Notes under the pieces: model-generated
Databases searched by the model: none
What the model saw: the letters and a program-made list of their open reading frames with translations, nothing else
What the model was told of the DNA's origin: nothing
Translations under genes and position numbers: made by a program
Shown here: positions 52,901 to 64,000 of the stretch, piece by piece
How positions within the stretch are numbered: position 1 is the stretch's first letter
How the letters are laid out: each line of letters opens with the position of its first letter
NCBI RefSeq assembly: GCF_964355755.1
Contig: NC_092670.1
Location: forward strand, 18,462,795-18,526,794
Source: Antedon mediterranea
Taxonomy: Eukaryota; Animalia; Echinodermata
Direction: 5' to 3'
Length of the DNA: 64,000 nucleotides

Positions 52901-55900
52901 AAATCTTTTTTTATTTCAGGTAGTTGCAGAATGCCACCTAAAAGCAAATCTAATTGAACGTCAATGTTTCGTTTTCACGCGGCTATGCGCATATCAAATA
53001 GTACATAGTCGCGTGGAGTGACGTTAAAATGAAACATTGACATTCGATTCACCGTACCGGACAAGGTGTGAAAGACACCATGATAATTAGGTTTTCAAAA
53101 ATGGAGCCTAGATGGTTGAATAGATTATCACCTATTCAGATGTTGATGACATTTGATATTGCCATTTATATGTATGTAACCTTAACATGCTAGATATAAA
53201 ATCAACATGGCAAGTTGGGCTAGCTGGATAAATATCAAATGCCACCATAATTGCTGTCAGTAACCATACTACTATTACTTTTTTTTACAGCCTGAAGTAA
53301 TGGTAGTGTCCCTTTTTACCACCCTGGATTTTGGTGTGATGCTGCAAGGTGGAATTCCTCTCCATTCTGGATACAGCAGTATGCTAGGAGCTGGTATTCC
53401 TTACTTATACTTTGTTAAAAAGGTGATTATTCTGCACAATTGACACTAGAGTTTAAACCTTCATTGTGAGAGAAATTAAAATCAAGTGAAATATTATAGA
53501 ATTGCAACACATTATTATATTATCTTATGCATTGTGTATGACCAACAACACAAACAATATTGTTTAGTTTTCTCCATTCCTCATATACAGGTATAGCAAT
53601 TGTTGCTATATAATTTACAGGTAGTTATTATATAAATTTTTCCATTAGCCTGGTGAAAAGCATGATGAAGATGCTGACACTCTAGCATTTGACTCCCCAT
53701 CATCTCGCAAAGTCATGCGAGACTTTGTAGGCCTGGAAGACAGTGACAAGAATTCTCGCGATGGCATGATGAATTTCAGCTTTTACCTTACTATTGGTAA
53801 TATGGATGAGGCATTCAAAGCAATCAAACTAATTAAAAGGTAAGTGTTACCCACAGTGGTATAAAGCCTTTTAAAAACAGTATTCCTCAACAATAGTAAC
53901 TTCTTGATTGAACTGGTCTATAATACCAATAGAACTAGTTTGACAAAAAAGTGTGTGACCATACTGTACATGGACATGATGATGTCATATCACTACCATA
54001 TTTGGTCACATCACACTTTTTTGTCAAACTAGTTAGTGTGGATAGAGCTTTACTACACCTTTGCATATATTGTAGTTGCATCACTGTAAATGTATCCATT
54101 TTCAGTGAATCTGTCTGGGAGAACATGGCTACAATGTGTGTTAAAACAAGAAGGCTTGATGTTGCAAAGGTCTGCCTTGGTAACATGGGCCATGCTAGAG
54201 GAGCAAGGGCATTGAGAGAGGCGGAGAAAGAGCCTGAACTAGATGCACGTGTAGCTATGCTAGCCATCCAGCTAGGCCTACTGGTAAGTATGGAAATATC
54301 TATCTTTGAGGGTACTATACTGGAAGTGCTAGTGCTAAACCCATGTGTTACTTTTCTTGTCATTTTTTATTTATTTTCTCTACACACATATTCTATCTTG
54401 TAAAAATATTTGTTGTTTTCAGGAGGATGCTGAAAGACTATACAAGAATTGTGGTCGATATGATTTGCTAAACCAATTCTACCAGGCTAGTGGACAATGG
54501 GCGAAGGTATTATAGCAATATGAATTATTTCTTTATAGGGTGAACTCTCCCAGGACTGAAACCTACATAAATGTCCTAGAATGTCCATAAAACAAGACAT
54601 TTTGGGCCAGGGTGACTATTTTGGGAATGTACATGCCCTTTATTTTACCATCTAGATTAGTTGTGTACCTCTTAGTATTATGCATGTAATCGCCTTATCC
54701 TCTATTGATTGTTTAACATCTTGTTTTCTTGTTCACATCAGGCCATGGAGACAGCAGAGCTTCATGATCGAATACATCTTAGGACAACATATTACAACTA
54801 TGCTAAACATTTGGAATCCAAAGGAGACATGAATGGGGCTATACCAAAGTAAATATTTCCTTGAATACATTCCTCTTCCTGGGTTTTTAGCACCGTCAGA
54901 CTTCATCAGCCTAATCCAGATGCAGCCAAGTGCTACCTTTGGCTTAGCACAACTGTAGCCAAAAAGATAAATTAGTAGTAACAGCCACAGTACTATTTCA
55001 TTTCAACATCCTTCAGTGGATCTCATCACACTATATAAAAATATACTGAAATGGACTCGAAATAGAATGACATTTTGATAATTTGTTTCCAATAGTTATG
55101 AAAAATCAGACACGCACAGGTTTGAAGTTCCACGGATGTTATTTGACGAGCCTCAGGCATTGAAGGCCTACATTATGAAAACAAAAGACAAGTAAGAATC
55201 ACATTTATCTCAAAAGACACACAATCTCAGCTCTGAACTTGGATTACAATGTGCAAAATATAATTGGTTTTTAGATGGTTTTGCTGCTTGCATCGTAAAG
55301 CACACAACAAACTCTGACAGCATGAATCTAGCACATTGATGCAATCCTAACTAAGTATGGTAATGAAAAAAGTAATTACTACAGTATATGTATGTTATTG
55401 AATCTAACAAATTACAGATCGCTTAAAAAGTGGTGGGCTCAGTACATGGAGAGTACAAGTGAGATGGAAACAGCATTGCAATTCTATGAGATGGCTCAAG
55501 ACTACCTATCATTGGTTAGAGTCTACTGTTATTGTAACAACTTAGAAAAAGTAAGTTGACAACCGTTTCTCAATCATACATTTATACTGCTACAGTATAC
55601 ATATACATTGTATTAAGCTCTATCGACACTATCAAACTAGTTAGATAAAAAACGTGTGATTTGCCCAAATATGGTAGTGATATTCCCTTATATGGTAGGG
55701 ATATGATCATGTCCATATATGGGCACATCACATTATTTTGTCAAATAAAGTTTGATAGTGTAGCAGATAAGTGAATGTATTACCTATGTTTCTATTTAAT
55801 TTATTAGGCATCCGAAATTGCAAGTCAGACAGGGGACAGAGCAGCATGTTATCACCTTGCTAGGCAGTATGAAAATGCAGTATGTACAGTACCATATTTA

Positions 55901-58716
55901 TATGCAATATTGTATGATGATAAATAATAATTTATAGCACTTTTCTAATAGTGTTAGCAAGTGGAATAAGAACAATAGAATGCTTATTAAGATTCAACTA
56001 AAATTGTGTGTGTTAAATTTTTGTTTCAGGAGGACTACAAATCTTCAATCCATTTCTTTACACGTGCCCAGGCTTATAGTCAAGCTATTCGTCTTTGCAA
56101 GGTAACATAATGTAACTGTTTGTCTCAATGTTCCACAATGCACCTTTACTCCAACAAGTGTCCAATCATCAAGGTTTAAACTGGAGAGATGTATTTTGAG
56201 GGGTCTACTGCAATGTCTACACTATCAAACTTTATGTAAAAAAAAATTGTGATGTGCCCATATATGGACATGATGATGTCATATCACTACCATATTTGGG
56301 CATATCACTATCATATTTGGGCACATTACACTTTTTGTTCACATAAAGTTTGATAGTGTAGACAGAGCTTGTTAAGGCATTAATTAATTAATTGTCTTTT
56401 TAATGTTTACAAACCTGTATATCACCATATGTGACTAAACTTATGCGCTCTTACAGGAGAACAACATGGAAGACCAGTTAATGAATCTTGCTTTGATGAG
56501 CAATTCAGCAGATATGATTGATGCCGCACAATACTATGAAAGTAGCCCTCAAACCATGGATAAAGCAGTTATGCTGTATCACAAGGTAAAAATGCTTGAA
56601 CCAATGATCTCTATTATATGTTAATAGGACAGATGCCAATGTTATACCAGTGATTCTGTATGTAGAGGGACCCAACAGTTTTATGTAGAATTTTGTTATG
56701 CCACACTGGCAACAATTTTTCCTCTGTCGGTTAATAATGGTTTCAGTTTTAGTAGATTAAATGCCTTATTTTTCCTTTTTAGGGTGGTCATTTTTCCAAA
56801 GCCCTGGAGCTTGCTTTTGACACACAGCAGTTTGCAGCATTGCAACTGATTGCTGAGGACCTGGATGAGAAAACAGACCCTATGTTACTCAACCGTTGCG
56901 CTGATTTCTTCATGGAACATGGGCAGTATGATAAAGCTGTTGACTTGCTTGTTGTTGCAAAGAAGGTTTGAACATTTTACACAATTAAATCTCTTGAAAA
57001 TAACTGGTTTGGTCCAAGAAAATTTGTCAAGAAATTAATAATATCCCTTCATTAAGAGATTCTATGATTTACTAATACCATCTGGTAAAAAATCATACTT
57101 TAATGTTTGTATTCAGTTTACAGAGGCACTTGACTTATGTATGCAACAAGGTGTGAACATAACTGAGAAGTTAGCTGAGAAAATGACAATTTCAAAGGAC
57201 GACCCCAACAACGATCTGCGGAACAAATTACTAGAAAGAGTAGCAGACATCTGTTTTCAACAAGGGTCTTATCATTTGGCTACTAAGAAATATACCCAAG
57301 CAGGCAATAAAGCTAAGGTGAGCATCACTGAAAAAACATTTTGGTAAAAAGGTGACTTTGGATTAGGTTGACTAGTATTAAGAAAGTTTTATTTCTTTTC
57401 TTTGTTCAGGCAATGAAGGCACTCTTGAAGTCGGGCGATACTGAGAAGATTATCTTCTTTGCTGGTGTGTCTCGTCAGAAAGAGATCTATGTGATGGCTG
57501 CAAACTACTTGCAATCTTTGGATTGGCGCAAAGATCCAGAAATAATGAAAAATATCATCGGATTCTACACTAGAGGGCGTGCTTTAGATTCTTTGTCGGG
57601 ATTTTATGATGCTTGTGCTCAGGTAACTTTTTGAACTGATAAAAGAAAAGTCCGTCCGTCCGTAGCTAGTGTAGTGCACTCAACCTTGAATAGATATCTG
57701 ATTATTACTAATACTGTAATACGGTAAATACTTTTTTAATCCTAGGTTGAAATTGATGAATACCAGAATTATGATAAAGCTCTAGGAGCGTTGAGCGAGG
57801 CTTATAAATGTTTGAGCAAGGCCAAGTTGAAGAATGCATCCCAACAAGAAGAAAAGCTAGCTGCCCTAAAACATCGCATTAATCTTGTCAAAAAGTTTGT
57901 GCAGGCAAGACGGTAAATACTGATTTCACTGAGCTTAATGCCATTCTTTCACTGTCCAATTTTATGTTTCCATCTTATTGTCTAATTGGGTAATCTCTTC
58001 CCTGGAATATATCTTATAGCTTTTTTACTTGAGGTGTTATATTCATAGCTCTTTTATGTCTCATAGTATAATTCTTTTCTTTATAGAGTTTATGATGAAG
58101 ACCCAGAAGAAGCCATGAAGCAGTGCCAAGTACTGCTAGAAGAACAAGATTTGGACAGTGCTGTGAGAGTTGGTGATGTCTATGGCATGATGATAGAACA
58201 CTATGCCAGACAAGAGACCTATAAAAAGGTAAACTGAATCCTTCTATTTTACATTTAATACTAAAGCTAACTTTATGTGACAAAACAATGTGATGTGCCT
58301 ATATATGGACATGATGTCATATCACTACCATATTTAGGTATATTACTACCATATTTGGGCACATCACACTACTAGTTTGATAGTGTAGACAGAGCTATAT
58401 GTAGCGCAGTCATCTGTATTCATGGTTGTGTTGCCGTTCACTAGTTCTGCTCTATGAAGCAATTATAAGTTGGTTAATCCAAATTTCTTATTCTTCTCTT
58501 CTTTAGGCATACGCATGCATGGAAGAAATGCGAAGTCGAATACCAACTGTAAACATGGCGTTTTACGTCAACATGCGGACAATAGAAGCAATCCATCGTT
58601 CACTGGATATCCCACTGGGCCGAGGAATGGGAGCAGAGAAAAAAGATGAAGACGATGGTGATGAAGTTGAGGAAGAAGTACAAGAGGAGTATGATGACGA
58701 CAACGGATATTGCTGA
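46914..58716 (+). CDS. IFT140: intraflagellar transport protein 140 (IFT-A; WD40 plus TPR), 30 coding exons
   Basis: Starts MAVYFDHRV..; conserved blocks [95 protein letters not shown]. Exons: 46914-47054,47945-48166,48329-48456,48602-48744,49110-49285,49711-49912,50030-50271,50598-50708,50869-50941,51281-51372,51470-51597,51893-52007,52211-52350,52724-52889,53291-53422,53649-53839,54106-54283,54423-54506,54742-54848,55096-55191,55418-55550,55808-55879,56030-56101,56457-56585,56783-56965,57117-57317,57410-57622,57746-57912,58087-58228,58507-58716. An acceptor at 46884 implies an upstream non-coding exon. Confidence 0.97.
47218..47643 (-). mobile_element. near full-length tRNA-derived SINE with L2-like tail and (TTATA)n end
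   Basis: On the minus strand: A box TGGCCGAGCGG, B box GGTTCGAGGC, body shared with 60455-60682, tail CAGCGCCTTTGA..GGCGCTTTACAAAT, then the microsatellite at 47218-47255. Confidence 0.8.
48780..48991. mobile_element. MITE family A copy with internal insertion, TAA flanks
   Basis: taa|AGCTCTATCTACACT...GTGTAGACAGAGCT|taa. Confidence 0.8.
49301..49448. mobile_element. MITE family A copy (reverse)
   Basis: Begins 15 nt after the IFT140 exon 5 donor. Confidence 0.85.
50366..50503. mobile_element. MITE family A copy, ends eroded
   Basis: Family A sequence. Confidence 0.8.
51051..51210. mobile_element. MITE family A, best full-length copy (160 bp), TTA TSD, PIF/Harbinger-Tourist-like
   Basis: tta|AGCTCTGTCTACACTATCAAACT ... 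AGTTTGATAGTGTAGACAGAGCT|tta, with ~50-bp imperfect arms. Confidence 0.9.
51698..51850. mobile_element. MITE family C copy
   Basis: AGGGCCTTTTACACCTGTTCC...GGAACAGGTGTGAAAGACCCT|taa. Confidence 0.8.
52063..52154. mobile_element. MITE family A right half
   Basis: Family A right arm. Confidence 0.7.
52945..53078. mobile_element. MITE family C partial copy
   Basis: Homologous to 13666-13797. Confidence 0.7.
53933..54049. mobile_element. MITE family A copy (both arms of the ACTAGTTTGA type)
   Basis: Family A sequence. Confidence 0.8.
55616..55763. mobile_element. MITE family A copy (reverse)
   Basis: Family A sequence. Confidence 0.85.
56214..56369. mobile_element. MITE family A copy (both arms of the ACTTTATGT type)
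   Basis: Family A sequence. Confidence 0.85.
58265..58396. mobile_element. MITE family A copy
   Basis: Family A sequence. Confidence 0.85.
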
Positions 58717-59968
58717 TTGGTCCAAGAGAAAAATGATTACTTATAGGTCATCGTACCTGTCAAGTTTTTTTGTATGGTTGTGATTAGTATAATTTATATT
58801 TGTACAATTTTAAGCCAGCCTGACCATTTCCCATATAGCACCTTAATGTAAAGACATTCCATTTGTTTTTTAAGCCCTCTTAATTCCTATCACATTTATA
58901 ACATCCCTATCAATAACCATTACACAGCAAGACACTCAACTAAATTATTTAATAGAACTCCTTTCACACCTCCCTAACTAAGTGCATTCTACTTTAAAAA
59001 AAAAATTCTCATGTTACTACATAATGATGTACAGTGTCTTATGAAAATAAAATTGAAGTTATGTCAATGAAGATGTACTGTACTATAGGTATGAGTGTGT
59101 GATATGCAATATTCATATTGTATTCACATAATTTCTCTCGTTTGCACATTGAATATAAGTATACCAATATAAACAAATCAGGCAAAGAACATTAATTCTA
59201 AACCGCCCGCTGATATACTGAAATTTAATTAATTGATTTGAAATGATAAAGATGAGGAAATCTGTGAGAATGAGAAAAAGTCGCCCCAACCGAGACTTGA
59301 ACCGCCTGCTTGATATGCAGATGTCCTAAACATTAGACCACTGGGGCTTTCATGGTTTTGTTCAAACTCGATTGGATAGCGACTCTTTAACATTCTTGGC
59401 GGAACAGCACTAGTTCTCAGTTGTACGTATGCGCACCAGAGATAAAATTGATACACCCTCATCTTTCAGTATTTTTATTCACGAGGCGGGATCTCTGAAA
59501 AGATACTTATATACCAATATAAATATATAGAAACCAACAAAAAAAGAAACCTTTTTAGAAATAGTATTTATTGTCACCTTGAAATCTACAAAAATATTAT
59601 TACATGTATTTGATTTTTATAATTGCTCCCTGTTTACAGATTGGAGCCAAGAATATTTTATAGGTAAAACATTGATAATTTAACTGTAAATGGGAATTTA
59701 AATTCAAGGACTATTATTTTTTAAATGTATGTAGTATTGCTTAAGTAATAATAATAGTAATGTCACACAGTGCCAAGTACTGTAACATCGTTTATTTAAC
59801 ACTATTCACTGGAATAAATAAGTTGATTGATGAATAAACTGCAAAAAAAACATTTCTTGTATATTTGTTTCGATGTCAAGCTAATTTACTATAGGCTCTA
59901 TTTTACAATGGCTTATGAACTCATCTGTTCAATGAAGGCATACTTTGTACCACATTTCAGCATTATTA

Positions 59969-60100
59969 AGCTATGTCTACACTATCAAACTTATGTGATG
60001 TGTCCATATATAGACATGATGATGTCATAGCACTACCATATTTGGGCACATCACACTTTTTATTGTCAAACTAGTTTGATACACTTGTAGAGACAGAGCT
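59969..60100. mobile_element. MITE family A copy in the presumed TTC30 3' UTR, TTA flanks
   Basis: tta|AGCTATGTCTACACTATCAAAC...GACAGAGCT|tta. Confidence 0.85.
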
Positions 60101-60206
60101 TTATACTTGTTTTATGATCATATTATCCATAAATATTAACCAAAATTGGTATTCTTATCCTTATGATGTGTACATATAAATCAATGTTTTTAGATCAAAC
60201 GTTAGT

Positions 60207-63200
60207 TTATACAAGATCCAGGAAAAGGCTTTTAAGAAGCCTTGCCTCATATGTGCATGTATTAATGCCTTCATGTATCCTTTCCTCAGCTAGTGGTTGC
60301 TCCACTTGTACAATCACATCACGGCCATAAACTGCAAGAACAAAAATAGAATATTAGGCCTTTTATTTATTATTTATTTAACTTCTCACCAAGCTGTACA
60401 TAACATCAGAGAAGGATGGGACTAACAGGTGATAAACACCTCTAAAACAGTCCAGTCACAGTCTAGTGGTTGTGTGTATGTGTGGACTAGTACACAGGGG
60501 TAACCCCCTACTCATCTCAAAAGATGTACTAGATTCTTTAAAGTGCACATGAGCTAGATGTGTACACTGGACCTATGGTTTATAGTCTTTGTCCGAGAAG
60601 ACTTGTTCTACCACAAAAACTATGGAGCTGATGTCATGGCTACATAAGTACTGTTCCACTGTCTTAACCGCTCGGCCACACATGCGACTATCCGAGCCAA
60701 GCTCGTGATTCACTCACCTTCACAGTGTTCCAGAAATTGTACACACTCTTGAATGACACTATCTCGTAACATAATCATGTGTTTAGACATGTTCTCCAGT
60801 AACGAGAGAAAACAACGTTTGGCATAGAACCACGTGTCTGTACCAAGCTGCAAGAAAACATGGCACACTATTTAACAAATGTTACTCCTAGGTATTTTAG
60901 CTTTTATTTCACTTACAAAGAATTACAGAATAGAATTTTGTATTGTACAGTATTTACAATAATATAAAACATTTATAAAGTGCTCTTTACTGAGTCTCAC
61001 AGCGCAACATGAAAAGAATAGCTATTGAAATAGGTGAGTTTTCAAGAGATATTTGTATTGAAAAGGGGATGGAGTGTAATGGATGGAATGAGGAAGCTGG
61101 TTCCAGATCTCTGGTGCCTGAGCAAAGACAATAGTCACACCAAGATTAGACAATTGCATGTCATATGGCCTTGTTGAACTGGAGATAATATATTGAAAAC
61201 ATTGAAATACATAGTAAATTGCAGTATACAAGCGAGGTTACTTTAAAAAAAAATACACACCTTCTTGTTGTAAGGTTCCAAGCTTTTAATAACACGTGAA
61301 ATCCCAAACTCGTAGTTGCCTTTAGCACAGTACAGGGTACCGATGACAAGGTTTACGATACACAAGTGATATATCTTGCGATCAGGGTCGTCGTAAGCTA
61401 CTTGCTCTTCTTCTTTCTCTATTTTCCGCATCAATTCCTCAGCTTCTTCGTTTTGACTTGTCATGATGTACGAAACACATAAGTTTGCCAATACAATTGC
61501 ACTTATAGACAAAATCTGCAAGAAAAGATGGATGTACAGTGTTCAATACATTAAAATGACCGAGTCAGTATGGTGATCCCCTGTTTATTGGCCTATCTAA
61601 GCCATGTCATTCATTGCACCCAGTTCTATGGAATGCACAAGGTGCCATAATACAACATATGCATAATTTATATAGCTTGGTCATGTTCCTTATGCAAGTG
61701 CTGAATCTGAATTTTTTCAATTTGAGGATTATCAAATAAAACAAAATCTTACATTATCAAAATTTTTCTTTACGATTGGTTCATAAAAGCCAGCTGCCTC
61801 TTTGTACTTATTTTCTTGCATAAATAAAACGTGCGCAACATTCAGTTTCCATGCGTCATGCTCGTTACAGAATTCAACCGATTTTCGAAAAATCTTCTCA
61901 ACTTGTTTGTAGTTGTCGAGATCCCAGTATATCTTGGCTTGCTGCATAAGTACAGGGATGTACCTAGTGAAAAAACCAAGACAATTAATAATTGCAATCA
62001 GTTCTATGGAACGCTCAATGTGTCATAATACAACATCATATAGCTTGGTCCTGTTCTTTGTCATGCAAATGCTAGATTTGTAATCTTTTACCATATTTAA
62101 AAAAACATTTTCATGTACACTAACTCGAATTCTATAAATTTCAGTTCAGTCACTGTGTTTGGTGTTTTTTTTTAATCCATTAGGCTAAAGTTTCTTTACC
62201 TTTCTAAAGCATCATCATAATCATTAACCGCCTGCTTCACAGACTCATCATCATGATTCTGCCGCGATTCTTGAACTTGCTTGGTAAGTTTTCGCAACTG
62301 TTCAGTATGCCGTGTCGCCATGTCGTCAAAGCGCCGGTATGCTTCCTCAGGCGACGTTTGCTTCGTAATTACAGTGTCCAAGAAATCATAAAGATACTGA
62401 CTGAGGAATTTGAAAGTCATGTGTGCATTTTCTGCTAAGACATCTGCTGCCAAATCATAGTACTAATAGAAAAAAACAGAAAAGATTGCTAAATAAAATT
62501 TTAATTAAATTTAACTATTTCTAAATAAACGTATATCAATTTTAGCAAATATGGTAGTGATATGCCCAAATATGATAGTGATGGTCATATCACTATATGT
62601 CATGTCATGTCCATATATGGGTAGATAATAAAGAGTGGTAGATTCAGGTTTGCAGTAAACCATGTGTTTCCAAAGGAAATTCTGCAAGTCAAGTTGAGAA
62701 TGTCTCAACGTTTTGGTTTTATGCCCCAACTGCCTCCTATAGTAATAATAACTATATTAATACTATTATTGCCAAAGAATTTTCGATCATATGTCTTTAC
62801 ATTTTTGTGAATAAAGTTTGTACAATCATGCAAGGCACTGTACCAGGTGGGAGGAATACCCCAAAAAAAACACTGGAAAGACAACATCAAAGAATGGACC
62901 AAACTGACTCACAATAAGACTGAGGATGGTGGAGGACAGGGCCACATGGAGGAGAGTTGTTAAATCATCTACGGTGCCCCAACAGCCCCCAGCTGAGGGC
63001 AAAGTAATAAAGTATGTATGTGTACAGTATCTGTGTAATGAATTGCTACCTCATATTTGATATACAGTACAAGTAAATTGCCAAATGTTTCTGGTGGGCA
63101 AGGACTCTGTTGCAGCAGGAACTGTAGTTTCTCAAAGCCTTGTGTTGGGTTTGTTTCCATGTTCATTAATGCCTGGTTGTGCAGCGTCACTGGATCTATT

Positions 63201-63733
63201 TCCTATAAAATAAAAGAATAAGGAAACACATGTGCGCAAATTGTAGTACAGATAGCATCATATTGTGGAGTACTCGAGTGCCTAGCTAACTTAAAGGTAG
63301 GATGGTCTATAGCGCAATAGCCAGTAATTTTCACCACCCACCCCAAATCCCCAGCACAGATTGTCATATTTTGTATTAATAATTATATTTAAAGCATCTT
63401 TGGCTCATCTGTTTTTAACCTCTCACTGCGAACTTGGTCTAAGATCTGTCAAGTTATTGTGTTTATGAATTATCCTATCCGAGTAGGTTGTCTTGAATTA
63501 GTGATGGGGGGGGGGGGGTGCACTCCCTACTTTTTTCATAGTTATTTACAGTATTTTTTTACAAACTACAGTATTACTATTAATCATACATGTTTAGCAC
63601 TTTTCCAGTTAAAAAATGTTGGATCCACCCCTTAAACTAGCTGTCACATGATTGAGAAAATCTAGGTTAACTACATTACTCACCTCTTCTGCTCTTGGTG
63701 GCATGTCTGTTAATGCTTCTTGTGCAGCTTCCA
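60207..63733 (-). CDS. TTC30: intraflagellar transport protein 70 / TTC30 / fleer (IFT-B), last seven exons; 5' part lies beyond the window
   Basis: EALTDMPPRAEEEIDPVTLHNQALMNM..GFEKLQFLLQQ..AADVLAENAH..SVEFCNEHDAWKLNVAHVLFMQENKYKEA..YHLCIVNLVIGTLYCAKGNYEFGISRVIKSLEPYNKKLGTDTW. Exons (-): 63684-63733, 63050-63202, 62200-62462, 61753-61963, 61261-61515, 60718-60847, 60207-60331 (stop TAA). Confidence 0.96.
60455..60682 (-). mobile_element. tRNA-derived SINE, same family as 47218-47643
   Basis: About 190 nt clearly homologous (GTAACCCCCTACTC..AAAGTGCACATGAGC..CTTAACCGCTCGGCCACAC). Confidence 0.8.
60961..61190 (-). mobile_element. L2/CR1-clade LINE 3' end remnant
   Basis: Translates FAQAPEIWNQLPHSI..KYLLKTHLF, typical of an L2 ORF2 C-terminus, followed by a GCGCTGTGAG..GCACTTTATAAAT tail. 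Confidence 0.65.
62546..62621. mobile_element. MITE family A internal fragment
   Basis: AAATATGGTAGTGATATGCCC repeats. Confidence 0.65.
62825..63015 (+). mobile_element. RTE-clade LINE 3' end remnant
   Basis: Decayed translation IMQGTVPGGR..KHWKDNIKEWT..RMVEDRATWRRVV is typical of RTE ORF C-termini; short AAAGTA tail. Confidence 0.65.
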
Positions 63734-63834
63734 CTGGAAAAAAGCAAATCTTATCAATACAACATGCTCATTGAAGGTTTGAACTCTAGGAAAGTATCAC
63801 ACTCTGATTGTCTTGAATTTCTCAACTTTTATAA

Positions 63835-63965
63835 AGCTCTGTCTACACTATCAAACTAGTTTGTGATGTGCCTAAATATGGTAGTAATATGCTTAAATAT
63901 GGTAGTGATATGACCATATATGTCCATTTTTTTGTCACATAAAGTTTGATAGTGTAGACAGAGCT
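63835..63965. mobile_element. MITE family A copy (reverse)
   Basis: Both TIRs intact. Confidence 0.85.
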
Positions 63966-64000
63966 TTAGGTTTAAAAAGTACTATAGTTTTATTTTGTAA

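Overview
AT-rich, intron-dense animal genomic DNA, not prokaryotic. It is probably a marine invertebrate deuterostome such as an echinoderm; this is inferred from gene content only. Five spliced genes can be reconstructed by hand: (1) the last coding exon of a KCNMB/BK-channel-beta-like gene (+, 1461-1742); (2) a complete 4-exon gene for a 254-aa secreted protein with two HYR (hyalin-repeat) domains and a probable GPI anchor (+, 12717-15190); (3) a complete 44-exon UBR5/hyd HECT E3 ligase (+, 16925-42802); (4) a complete 30-coding-exon IFT140 (+, 46914-58716); (5) the 3' seven exons of IFT70/TTC30/fleer (-, 60207-63733), tail-to-tail with IFT140. Non-coding space is full of small non-autonomous elements: about 18 copies of one palindromic MITE, two further TWA-flanked MITE families, tRNA-headed SINEs, L2 and RTE 3' ends, minisatellites and tiny TSD-flanked hairpins. 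I see no CRISPR array, rRNA, intact tRNA or autonomous transposon, and no clear new multi-gene system. The best leads are an intact-ended Mutator-like insertion that ends 83 bp before the UBR5 ATG, tandem duplications of real UBR5 splice sites, a GC-AG intron, a ~300-aa repeat-bearing UBR5 exon, arm-swapped MITE copies concentrated in IFT140 introns, and the small GPI-type HYR protein. All coordinates were read by eye and may be off by a few bases.
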